A stretch of 64,000 bases of DNA from Octopus bimaculoides (GCF_001194135.2 NC_068996.1:37264031-37328030), one strand, 5' to 3'. Counted from the first letter of the stretch, positions 40,610 to 52,845 are shown. Made by a program: numbers and translations. Notes: generated by a model not told the origin, from the letters alone.

Positions 40610-40905
40610 TGCTGGTGGCATGTGAACAAAACGTTGGACTGACTCCTGTGCAGGTGAAATGTAAAAAAGCACCATTTGAGCGTGGCTGTTGCCAGTACCG
40701 CAGGACTGGCCCTCATGCCAGTGGCACGTAAAAAGCACCCACTACACTCTCGGAGTGGTTGGTGTTAGGAAGGGCATCCAGCTGTAGAAACTCTGCCAGA
40801 TCAAATTGGAGTCTGGTGTAAGCCATCCGCTTTGCCAGTCCCCAGTCAAATCGTCCAACCCATGCTAGCATGGAAAGCAGACTTTAAATGATGATGATGA
40901 TCATC
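40610..40905 (+). mobile_element. Family B copy
   Basis: ggcacgtaaaaagcacccactacactctcggagtggttggtgttaggaagggcatccagctgtagaaac...(gat)n. Confidence 0.85.
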
Positions 40906-41059
40906 ATCATCATCATCATCATCAAATATTTTAATATTTGATTCAGTGGATTTTACTCACATATTACAGACCCAAATTTTTTGGGTTTTTTTGTGTTTCC
41001 CAATGAAACTTTTTTGAGGTAAGTTCATTTTATTATATTTATTCATCTGTTATCATTTA

Positions 41060-41390
41060 TTTGTTTGTCATTAGACTGCAGCCAAGCTGGAGCACTGCCG
41101 TGAAGAATTTTTAGTCGAATGTATTGACCTCAGTATCTATTTTTGCTGAACCGCTAAGTTATAGGAACATAAACAAATCAACACAATTTGCCAAGCAGTG
41201 TTGGGGGACAAACAGACACACACACACATACATATATGGTGGGCTTCTTTCAATTTCCATCTTCCAGACCCACTCACAAGGCTTTGGTTGACTCATGGCT
41301 ATAGTGGAAGACACCTGCTCAAGGTGCCATGCAGTGGGACTGAACCTGGAACCATGTGGTTTGGAAAGTTCTTACTACACAGCCATTCAT
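41060..41390 (-). mobile_element. SINE family A copy
   Basis: Similarity to the other copies. Confidence 0.75.
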
Positions 41391-41520
41391 TAAAATTTTA
41401 AATACAGGAAGAATATGGATAAGAAGTGACAGGGATTATTAATTAAGTGTAAAATCAACCAATGGAGGAATAAAATGGTAGGCAGAAGAAAAAAAAAAAA
41501 ACCGAACATAGATGAAATAC

Positions 41521-41556
41521 CTCTTCATCATCACCAGAATCATGAGCGTCGTCAGA
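41521..41556 (-). CDS. SYNRG: Candidate 36-nt in-frame cassette exon SDDAHDSGDDEE
   Basis: Acceptor tttctttattccttcatctaacag, donor GAG|gtattt. Phase 0 to 0, matching both neighbours; no stop codon. Confidence 0.55.
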
Positions 41557-42679
41557 CTGTTAGATGAAGGAATAAAGAAATTTTATTTCAAATCAATTAT
41601 CTATAATTGTGTTTCCAGAATCATATAAGAAGACCACTTAAGAAGTTGTTATATTTTCAGAAAGAGAAAAAAAATACATACATATTTAAGATTATCTTTC
41701 TTGCTATCATTTTCATTCTGTTATTGTTTGAACAGGTCAGCAGGACAATTGATTTTTTTCCCCAAAAAACATTTTTATCTCAACCGATTGAGTTTGTTAT
41801 TGATCAGTTCAGCTGAATGTTCAGAAAATCTAATTCATCTCATACAGATCCATTTAATTCATACATTTTTCCTGTCACCAACTTCGAATGCATCCATCAT
41901 CAGTACACGTCATCTATTCACAACACACTGCATGCATGCACACACACACACACACACACACACAACACCATGTGCATGTGTGTGATTACCCTGAACTCTC
42001 AACTCCTGATGACATGTGGCATGTCTTGGGCATATAAACGTGGTGGATCTCATGCCTTTTCCAATCTAATTGCCACCAATTCCTTCTTGAGAGAGAAAAG
42101 AATAGAGAAATGTCCTTCATGTTTCCAAACATGGTAATATTTCCCCATGACTGGACATGTTTTCTGGGAAAACTAAAAAAAATAACACGTATGATGACGA
42201 CACACATTTACAACTGTCATACATTGTCAACACACACACACGACAAGCTTTCTTCAGCTTTTGTACATGAAATCCGCTCACAAGGCTTTGATTGGCATGG
42301 AGCTATGGTAGAAGACATTTGTCTAAGGTGCCACACAGTGGGACTGAACCTGGAACATGTGATTGCGAAGCAAACTTCATAGCTATACAGCCATGGCTAT
42401 CCTTAATCACTGATAAAAATAGCACATAATATGGCAACTATTATTACTTGAAGTGAGGTAAAGTGATGGGCTTTTAAAGTAAATTTCCTATCTAGAAATT
42501 ACATTCAAGTATAGTTCACTCGAACCATGAGATCATATTAAATATCTTGTTTGTTCAACCTTAACAACCACTTGAAGAATTCCTTTTACTTGTAATAGCA
42601 GAAATGGCTTGATAGAATCCACAGGACAGACAAATTAAAGACGAAAAAAAATATAAATATATACTTAATGAATGTTTAC

Positions 42680-42828
42680 CTGGACAGGGTATATGCCCTG
42701 GGCTATCATTGGATTTCCAGCCAACATTCCAGGAGCCATCATTCCATATTGAGCACTACTGGCAGGAACAGGATAAAACTGGGCAGTTGCTGCAGATGCT
42801 GCAGGAGGCCCCTGGAGTGGATTAAACC
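42680..42828 (-). CDS. SYNRG: SYNRG exon GFNPLQGPP...IAQGIYPVQ
   Basis: Acceptor cttcctttttag, donor gtaaac. 149 nt, phase 1 to 0. Pro/Ala/Met-rich, like the synergin N-terminus. Confidence 0.85.
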
Positions 42829-43859
42829 CTAAAAAGGAAGATGAAGAAAAAAGTAACAAAATTAGGGTTTTGAGTTTTAGAGATCACCCAGAATAAAATA
42901 TTCCCTTCACTATCAATGTTGTCATTACTACTACTATCACCACCCCAGCCACTACTGCTTGTGTTGGGAGTTATGAAAAACAGGTAACTCTAATAAAGGG
43001 GGTGAAGTGTAACTTGTATAGATTATATTTTATGCTTTAATCTAATCGTATACTAAAATAATCCTTTAAGATTTATTTCATACTTTTACTTGGTTTTCAT
43101 ATCTGCTTTACAAGATTCTTTATGTGAATTTATGTGTTGAAGCAAATTTTGTTGTGTCTGGGGAGTCATACTGCTTCAATGTCAATCACCAGTTCAATTT
43201 CCACCCATTATTCATATCATTTTTTTAATTCCAAAATTTTTATTGCTTTTGCAACCTTGTCAATGGATGTTTACTATGTTATTGGAGCTGCATTCCTTTT
43301 GTCTTTTTATGCACGTGTGTGCACCAGTGTGCATGTGTACTTGAGTATGCATATATGTGTGTATGCATGTTTGTATGTATGCACATGTGTAAGTTTGTAT
43401 GTATTCTGCATGTTCATCTGACTGTGTGTGTATGCTTGCATGTGTGTATTTGTGTGTGTACCTCTGTCTCCTTGTGTGCGTGTGCTTGAATGTGTCTATG
43501 TGCATGAATTTGTGTGACTATGTACACACATATATGCATACACAAGCACACATGCAAAGAGGTTGCACAAAAAGACAACAGGAACACAGCTCCAATATCA
43601 GACAGAGTCAACATCCATTGACAAGGTTGCAAAAGTGACAAAAATTTTGGAAGAAAAAAAAAAACGATAAATGAGTGGAAATTGAACTGGTGAGTGTGTT
43701 ATTAAGGCATTAAGGCAGTATGACTCTCCCCAGACACAGCAAAATTCATACTTTTAGTCTCTTGAAATTATTTGCGATATTAAAAAAAAAATTATGAGCT
43801 TAATTGATACTTTTAAAAGCATTAAATCTAAAAGTATTTAAAAAGACGAAAGCACAGAC

Positions 43860-43888
43860 CTGTTTGCATTTGGGAGAAATCCACATTT
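43860..43888 (-). CDS. SYNRG: SYNRG 29-nt exon NVDFSQMQT(G)
   Basis: Strong acceptor ttttttccttcttattttcag, weaker donor gtctgt. Phase 2 to 1, fits both sides. Confidence 0.68.
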
Positions 43889-44399
43889 CTGAAAATAAGA
43901 AGGAAAAAATGGTAAAATAAAATTAAACTTGGTCATGTAAAATGAGATACAGTTAATTAACATTAATGGTATATCAAAAAGTAGTACAGTTGTGCTTTCA
44001 TCATTGATAATTATTAGAAACTATTTTTTTTATTACATAAACTCTGTATCCCTATAATCAATCACTTATCCATCACCCAACAATTAGGTACCACTACTTT
44101 TTATCATGCCTGTTTGCTTGATTGATCTATTAGCTTCAGGATTTCACTCTGATCAATCAGAACGTAACAAAGTTAAGTCCAAAGCTCCTTTTGGTAAAGA
44201 TTTTCTAAACAAAATAATTCATCTTTTTTGATGCCTCTTAAAATATTTTTGATTCTGTTTTTGATAGATTATATTATATAATTTACATCAAATTGCTATA
44301 ATACGAAGTAATACAAAAATCTATTTACATACTGCATTTACATATATAAAGAAATACACTTCCACGCACACAAGAACAAAGCAATATAATATTCACTCT

Positions 44400-44620
44400 T
44401 TACTCATTTACTTGTTTCAGTCATTTGACTGCGGCCATGCTGGAGCACCGCCTTTAGTGGAGCAAATCAACCCCAGGACTTATTCTATGTAAGCCTAGTA
44501 CTTATTCTATCAGTCTCTTTTGCCAAACCGCAAATTTACGGGGATGTAAACACACCAGCATCAGTTGTCAAGTGATGTTTGGGGGGACAAACACAGACAC
44601 ACAAACACATACACATATAT
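44400..44620 (-). mobile_element. SINE family A, 3' half
   Basis: ttacttgtttcagtcatttgactgcggccatgctggagcaccgcc...ggggacaaacacagac. Confidence 0.85.
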
Positions 44621-44739
44621 ATATATATATAATAATACAAAGAATATGTATGCATGTATACCCACATATATGTACATACTTACATCTACATGTGTATATA
44701 GATGCATATCAGGGTACAGGATGTTAGAAAAATGAACTA

Positions 44740-44827
44740 CAGACAATGGAACGAACACATAGGAAAACAGATAGCCACTTGGAATTAATCCTTCGTCAGC
44801 TGCCTCTATTCTAACTCGACGTTTCGA

Positions 44828-44865
<38 letters not shown>

Positions 44866-45200
44866 AGGTTGAGGAGGGTATTGGATTTAACCAAACCCAG
44901 GAGGATACAGGTAATACCGAGTAAGTGCTGTATACCGATTAGTTTGCCCCAATCGTTGTATGAACAGGATTGGGTATTATAAGTCGTGTATTAGCGTGTG
45001 TATATGTAAATATATAAAAATAAAAAGATAAAGAGAGCAATGGTAAGGTTGGAGAAGTATTTTATGGATAGAGTCTTACAGCTGTTTCTGGGAAGATCCA
45101 GTACTTCCCTTCATCGGAGACAGAAAAAATAAAGTAATCTATTATTATATCCATAGGCGGATATTTTTAGTATGAAGTGGTAAAGAGTAGTGTGTAATCT
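44740..45200 (-). mobile_element. Penelope-like element terminal-repeat relic
   Basis: Carries cgacgtttcg / cttcgtcag and cttcatcgg motifs (hammerhead cores on minus). No ORF seen, so the class assignment is inferred. Confidence 0.5.
45073..45121 (-). ncRNA. Minimal type I hammerhead ribozyme (U4C variant)
   Basis: Minus strand: GTCT-CCGATGA-A-GGGAAG(TACTGGAT)CTTCCC-A-GAAA-C-AGCT-G-TA-AGAC. Stem I 4 bp, stem II 6 bp, palindromic stem III ACAGCTGT, GUA triplet. Confidence 0.7.
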
Positions 45201-46203
45201 TACACACACTGTCATACTGATTCTGCCTGAAAATTATGGTAATGGTACAATTAATGCCAATGTAATAATCAGTTGTTTACATATTAATTCATGAACAAGT
45301 AATGGAGTTGAATGAAGAAGTGAATCTTCATCACTGAATGGCAGACATCCACCAACAGTCTGGAGAAAAGGTTCATACCTAAAGCCTTAGCAGACCCTCC
45401 AAAACCAGTGTTGCTGAATTGAAATACAAGTGGTTGAGTATTTTATACAAGTGTAATATAAAAAGGATGAAGTTCTTCTCCAAGTCATATACATTCATAG
45501 GGCCGGTTTCCAAATTTACTGGTGTATATATTCCTTTTTCCCTGGACAAGATGCCGGACTGTTGCAGGATTGCTCATTTTTGCCAGTTGAGGGGACTGGA
45601 ACAACAGGAAATGAAGTGTTTTGCTTAGGAACATGACACATCACTTGGACCAGGAATCAAAACCACGATCTTATGATCATGAGTTCAACATCCTAACTAC
45701 TAAGCCACATGCCTCCACAGACACATGTGCCCTTAATGTAATTCTCAGGCAGAATCAGTATGACACAGTATGTGAGAAGGCTGCATCTTTTTAAATTACA
45801 AGAACAAACCATGCAACAGGCTTCTGTACAGTTTCCATGTGCCCAATTTCATTCACAAGGCCTTGGGTCAACTTGAAGTTATTGAAAATTACATTTGCCC
45901 ATGATTCCACATCCAGTGGAATTGAATCTGAAATCTCAGTGGCAAAACAAATTTATTGACCATTTGGCCATTTTGGTTTAATGGTCCTCTTGAACAGTTG
46001 CAAGTTAATAATTATATCATCATTTCTGGCAATAAGACAGCATATTCTTCGAGAGTTTACTCAAGGGATATAAAAACACAGAAACAGTCAAAATATATGT
46101 GTTTATCAATACATTATTGATAATACGTACACACTGTCCATGTTGAATTATCAACTTCCAATGCAATAGTAGTTTTTCTTTCACATTCAGCTTAAACTTT
46201 TAA

Positions 46204-46415
46204 CCCTTTAGCATTTAAACTTGCCATATCTGGCCCAAATATTCTGCCTGTTTTATGTTCAAACTAGTTAGAACTAGCCTCTCACATTTATCTTACAATA
46301 TCATTCTAAAGATAAACAATCACATCATTGAAATCTCAAGATAATGCATGATTAATTCAAAAGTATGTAAATAAATAAGCATTGTATTTGACAGAATACT
46401 GTGAATGCTAAAGGG
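46204..46415 (+). mobile_element. piggyBac-type MITE family 1
   Basis: ttaa|CCCTTTAGCATT...AATGCTAAAGGG|ctaa. Confidence 0.85.
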
Positions 46416-46489
46416 CTAAACATATATTTATCATCACCACTACCACCATCATTATCATCATCATCATCATTAATGATAATCCTTTCTAT

Positions 46490-46915
46490 TACAGGCACAA
46501 GGCCTGAAATTTTGGGGGAGGGGGCTAGTCCATTACATTGACCCCAGTGCATAGCTGGTACTTATTTCATAGACCCCAAAAGGATCAAAGGCAAGTTGAC
46601 CTTGGTAGAATTTGAATTCAAAATATAAAGATGGATGAAATGCCACTTAACAGTTTGCCTGGTTGAACCAGTTCGCTGCCTTATCATCAATAATAACAGT
46701 TTCAAATTTTGGCACAAGATCTGCAACTTCGGGGGAGTGGATAAGTTGATTACATTGACCCCAACATTTCACTGGTACTTATTTTATCAGCTCCAAAAGG
46801 ATGAAAGGCAAAGTCAACCTCAGCGGAATTTGAACTCAGAACACAAAGACGGATAAAACACTACAAAGCATTTCACCTGGCATGCTAACGATTCTGCCAG
46901 CGCGCTGCTTTAATC
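46490..46915 (-). mobile_element. SINE family C, two tandem copies
   Basis: Two aggcacaag...gaactcagaa...ctgccagc units separated by aataataac. Confidence 0.8.
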
Positions 46916-48242
46916 AATAATAATAATAACAACAAAAAAGCCTTTTAAAACACCTGTCTGAACCATAAATATGGATTAAATAATTTATACTGAAAGATAC
47001 GAAATATGAGTCCAATTATTGGAATATGGCTAAGCAAGGGTATCACTTTAAATTATATTGAGCCCTGTTGCTTGTAGACAGATACTATTTTATCAATTCC
47101 AAAAACACTCTTGTCTGCCCCATGCAAGCATGGAAAAGCAGACATTAAAACGATGACAAGGATGATGATGATGATATGCTGTGCTACATGAATATTCATT
47201 GTTCTTTTTTAGCAACTATAGAGTTTGTTCAAGCTATTTTAGGATCAATAAGTGTTAACAGGTTATCTGTATATATGTTCTATCCACCATATCAAAAAAC
47301 AAGCATACTACTTAGGCATTGATAAAGAAATCTAGAACAAATTAGTGATCTACATCTCTAAAAGCACAATAAAATTGTTAATCTATTTATAAGTTCTGTT
47401 TTAGAGTAACAGCTGGCCATGTTGATTACATGGCAACAGTCTGTTATACAGTTTGCAGAACCTTGTCTCTCACCCATATAACACTTTACCACCAGGGTCA
47501 TCTAATTGGTTATAACCCCACCCATAAAAATTTCTCACTGTGTACCAAATGTAGAAACAATTATTTTTTATCAAAAAGAATGAAGGACTGGCAAAATACA
47601 GTCGTTAACAATGTCCCTTTATTTTCAGAATTAAAATCATACTTAGGTCAACTTTGCTTGTGGCTTTGTGCCTATGTTAATAATAATAACAAGAACACCC
47701 AGAGAGTGCAAACCTCCACCAAGTCAACACCAATGTCCCCTCAACGATTAGCTGGAGATGATTTTTAAAATGAGAATATCTGAAATAAACTCGACTGCTC
47801 TCACAAACGAGAATGCTAAAAATGGGCCAATTAAGGTCTATAGTGAAAAATTTATCCATGCATGAAAGAAAATGGAAAGGACCTGCATACGGTGCTGTTA
47901 ACAGAGGTTTAACAACAACATTGTGCACAAAAACGTGAGTCCAAGAAGTAAAGCTTCCTTCAAGACAGAGCTAGAAATGCAATTGTCAAGTAGGTAAGAG
48001 GTTTTAAACAGGAGTGATATATTAAAAAATTGGTAAAACTAAAAATTGTCAAGGATAAATTAAATTTATTACTGTTACTGAATATGTTAGTGTTATTTAA
48101 TTACTGAATGGTTTTGCTGTCATTTGTTTGTGCAGTTTGATTTCTTTATCAATCAGTTTCTACTAAGATAGAGATGCAAATAAAATTAATAATAGAAAAA
48201 TGAAAATAAAACTTTAGAAACAGCAACACCATCATAACTTAC

Positions 48243-48253
48243 GTGGAAACCAT
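48243..48253 (-). CDS. SYNRG: Probable start exon coding part (MVST); exon with UTR approx. 48243-48286
   Basis: ATG GTT TCC AC|gtaagt gives phase 2, matching the 29-nt exon. In-frame TGA 12 nt upstream of the ATG; acceptor gactttcaag at 48287-48288. Confidence 0.6.
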
Positions 48254-48791
48254 GAGGTACTTTCACGGGAGATAATCAGAGAAAGACTTGAAAGTCAACG
48301 TAAGATTGAAATACTTCATGTAAAGTAAAGTAAATATAACAAATAATCCAGAATCCTTGTCCTGTAGTAGTGTTAGGAAGGGCATCCAGCTGTAGAAAAC
48401 AGGCATTGGAGTTCAATACAGTTTTCCAGCTCAAATCCTGCCAAATCATCTAACCTATGTCAGCATGGATGTTATCTGATGAACATGGTCTTCAGAACCT
48501 TCCTTTCACAGTTGTTAAGCCAACCTCATTAAGCTGGATTATGAGGAAGAGACACATTAACTGCCAAAACAAACTACAAGTAAATAATGAAGAAAGCTGA
48601 CCCAAATGAAAATCCTATCTATAAAAAAATCTTTTTTTTTTTAAATTAAGCTCAGAAAATAAATTATTGCTGTACCTTCTGCCTTTCATCACTATAAAAA
48701 TAGTGTGAAGTTACAGAAATAAGGGCAAAGGTTAAATCGTTGTGGGTTTAAGAGAAACTATCAAAATGAAACAAATGAGGAGTAAACATGA

Positions 48792-48839
<48 letters not shown>

Positions 48840-49200
48840 ACATCTATATATATCAGTGTGTATGAACAGGAATATGTAGCAATACAACTGTGTATATAAA
48901 CCTGTATATGTATGAGAGAGAAAGAAGAGAACATCTATGCATATTTCATGTACATAGGAAAACGGAGGGGTATAGGATACATATCCACACGTTTTTTTTT
49001 GTATATGAATGTGATTGCAGACATGTGTTTTGCTGAATTACATCAACAATGCATGTGCAATGAGTTTTTAAAGGAGTGGTGGGTGGAATAAAGAGTAAGG
49101 AAAAAAACCAAAACAAGTGGGTAGGTGTACTGAGGCAGGAAGAGAGAACAATTCAAGAACGACAAAGCATACCTACTTTCTCTCTCTCTCTCACTCTCTC

Positions 49201-49235
<35 letters not shown>

Positions 49236-50522
49236 CAGTACATGTAGCAAAGAAATTATGATCATTACCATGATGATGATTTCATTTAAAATAGTTTTTT
49301 CCTTTTTTAAGACGACATGGAACAATGACCTTTTCTTTATAAAAAGAGAAACCGGAATAGTAGTCTTTATAAAAAAAAAAAAGACTAAAATAGTAGCCAA
49401 ATCTCTCTGAAATTGCACTTTATCAACTTAAATAAGTAAAGGTCACTTTAAAATAACATAGTCCTATTACATTGTTCAGTGGTGTGGTCACTGCTGGAAG
49501 ACTTTTGATTCTAGGTATACTGGATGACAGATGGCCTAGAGCTAAACAGCAATGACAATTTCTCTTGTTGCTTTCAGCTACATGTTGTGGCCATGCTGGA
49601 GCACTACCATTGTAGTCACTTATATATATGACAGGCTTCTTTCAGTTTCCATCTACCAAATCTACTCACAGGACTTTGGTCAGCCCAAGGCTATAGTAGA
49701 AAAAATACTTAACCAAGGTGTTATGCAGTGGGACTGAACCCAGAATCATGTGGTTGGGAAGCAAACTTCTTATCACACAGCTACACCTGTGCCTACACAC
49801 AGTCATGCCTAGGCTATATGGGCAAGACTCCTGTCAATATGATGTTAGTGCTTAACTATGGGAAGGCTGCTGACTTTGAGCTGATACACCTTGATATCGG
49901 AGTCATAAGATGAAATGCTGGAACAGGTACCAAATGTCTTTTTACCCAACCTTCTATCAGTTTTTATTAACTCTTTGCCTGTCTAAAGCATTTTCATGTG
50001 AATTTGTCCTAAATGTTCACATCTGTTTTCAGACTTAGTGATTCCTTGCTTCTTACATTCTGAGTAATGTAAAATTTTCTTGTCATCAGTCCCAAGTTAC
50101 TCGTCTGGCTGAAAAAACACAGGGAATGTATATCATATATGATGCATGGACACCAGGGAAATTTCTCCTGTGTCTCAAATGTGATACAGAGGAGCAGCAA
50201 AAGGAGTGGTGTAACAGATATCTGTAGATATCTTACATTTAATTTTCCATCCTTCTATCATCTGAGTTCAAATATTGCTTGAGATCAATTTTTACCCATC
50301 ATCTTTTTGGAGGTCATAAAATAAGTACGAAGTTGTAATCATTGTTGTTTAACTCTGAGTCAACCCCAACTGAATAAACATCTGACCAGAAGATGTTCTA
50401 GCAATGAACATTATTTCTTTTTATATATATATATATATATCTAAAACTATACTATCTAATGTGTCTTTCTCTTATTTTAAGCAGTAGGGGATAATTTAAG
50501 GGAAACTTTGACTGCTATTTAA

Positions 50523-50733
50523 CCTTTTAGCATTTAAACTTATCATATCCAGCCCAAATATTCAACCTGTTTTATATTCAAACCAGCCATATCCAGCCTC
50601 TCACACCTCCTTTACAATGCCATTCTAAAAAATAAACAATCACATCATTGAAGTCTCAAGCTATGAGATAACCTCAAAACAACGTGAATAAATAAGCATT
50701 ATATTTGATAAGAGTTATCTGAATGCTAAAGGG
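50523..50733 (+). mobile_element. piggyBac-type MITE family 1
   Basis: ttaa|CCTTTTAGCATT...AATGCTAAAGGG|ttaa. Confidence 0.85.
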
Positions 50734-51549
50734 TTAAGACAACTAAAATATTAAAAATTACATAAAAAGAAAATAAAAATATTTTGTGTATTGTAGAAAT
50801 ATAATCAATTTCATTGCACATAAATTTTAACAAAATCTTATATGGACCTCTCCTGCCCCCAAGGGCCATATGGACCCTGGTTGAGAGCCACTGCTATAGA
50901 TATTCTTTTATAGGCCTGGTAAGCACTAAGGTGTGCCCTTCTAGAATTGTGATGAAGTTAAAAGTCATCAAAAGAAATCCCAAACACTATCTGAAGCAAA
51001 ATTATTTTTCCCCTTCTTCCCGCTCTGGAAAATGAGGGCAACTACAGTTTTTCGTTATCTTTGTCATTCAATAAAGTAGATATACCGCACCCACTGCACC
51101 TTTTTATAGTGAGTCAATGTATTCTTGTCATAATGAAGCTTATGTAAGTACATCAACATATGTAAATGAAACACTCCTATCACCTAACACATTCTCCTTA
51201 AGTAACTCATGCCTCACACCAACTCCTAGACTAACTACTTCATTATAAATATTAACCTTACTCAATAATTTAATTGCAAATTTAATGGAAAACTTTTGTT
51301 ATACCACTACTTGAAGTTTGGTGGAACTGGGTGTGGCAGCACACCCAATACAACAACCACCATATGCCACTGGTGAGTATGTATGTGTGTATACACACAC
51401 ATATACACAGAATAATGTGCAGACACAGCTGTGTGGTTAAGAAGTTGGCTTCCCAGCCACACAGTTTAGAGTTCTGTCCCATCGATTGGCACCATGGTCA
51501 AGTACCTTCCACTGAGTTGTCAGATAAAATCTTTCATTTCTTTCCAAAG

Positions 51550-52845
51550 ATATTTGAAATGAGAAAAATATTTTTATCATAGTGTTTTCTACAGCCTTTG
51601 TTTATCATTTTTGAAACTTGAAAAAATTTTACCTCCTTTCAGACAAATGATGATAAAGTGCCAAGTAGAAAGAAAAATGTAGCATTTTTGACATCTGCAT
51701 TCTTTTGCTTTCAATCAAGGCAATTGAAAAAGCAGCCAAAAGCTGCTTGAGACATTTGTGCTGTGTGTAGACTAAGTGCTATTACTGAAAGGACTGCACA
51801 GAAATAGTTTTCACACTTCAAACAGGGGAATTCAACCTCTCTGGTCAACCAGTTCTGTTAAGAGAGGATAGATTGAACCAGCTTATTCACAATCCATAGG
51901 GAACTGACACAGCAGATGAAGTGCTCTCACGATACCATCATCTGACACCATCACTCTATGGGTCAGGTTCAAAAACTCAGTGCATTGATTCCCTACATTC
52001 TGAATGAATGAGATGAACTCTGGCACTCCTCTATGGCCACCANNNNNNNNNNTTCTGTTAAGAGAGGATAGATTGAACCAGCTTATTCACAATCCATAGG
52101 GAACTGACACAGCAGATGAAGTGCTCTCACGATACCATCATCTGACACCATCACTCTATGGGTCAGGTTCAAAAACTCAGTGCATTGATTCCCTACATTC
52201 TGAATGAATGAGATGAACTCTGGCACTCCTCTATGGCCACCAGTTTGGTCTCTCAACACCAGTCTTCTGGGATACAAACAGAGATTTCTTTACTGTATCG
52301 TTACAGGCGATGAAAGATGGTGTCTTTGCATCAATATGAAACAGAAAAAAGAATGGGTAAGTCCCAACAAGCAAATAACACCTCCAGACAAACCAGAGGT
52401 GCATCTTCATAAAACTATGATCTGCATTTGGTGGCTAATCCACTACAAAATGCTTGGAAACAGCTGGATATTTAATGCAGAGATTTACATTCAGTGATTA
52501 AGTGATAATCTATTTGAAACTCAACCATTGTTGACATCAATGTCAACCAAGTGACATTGATGTGCTTCTTCAACATGGTAATGCTTACCCCTATGTTGCT
52601 AATTTGACCAAGAATGTCATTCAAGAGCTCAGGTTGGGAAGTTCTACACACTCACCATATTCTCCTCATATAACACTTTCTGATTATCACCTTTTTCAGT
52701 CTTTCTGCAACAATCTGCAAAGCATTTTATTCAACAACATAGAATGGAAAATGTGGCTTGATGAATTCTATCATCAAGGCATTGACAAGTTAGTGAAACA
52801 TAGGCAAGAAATGAACAATGAAAGAGAATACATTATTGACTGATT
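51550..52845 (+). mobile_element. Decayed mariner (DD34D) transposase
   Basis: RFLYCIVTGDERW...KKEWVSP...KTMICIWW, and LLQHGNAYPY...HSPYSPHITLSDYHLF; many stops and frameshifts. Confidence 0.9.
51853..52242. repeat. Exact 190-bp duplication around a 10-N gap (likely assembly overlap)
   Basis: 51853-52042 is repeated at 52053-52242. Confidence 0.85.

Larger units (their letters stand above)
1..48286 (-). other. SYNRG: Synergin gamma gene span (3' end outside window, TSS not located)
   Basis: 18 GT-AG exons join in one frame (4077 nt). The EH-like segment TDRLYPILLLSDLPRQTLREIWEVCNMTTPGQLSKQELYLLLSLIAVAQ and the C-terminal HEWTKCL...VCNEVIKSCQGADYIMAIIEIYRV match vertebrate synergin gamma as I recall it. 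Repeated DFxDF-like motifs. Confidence 0.9.
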
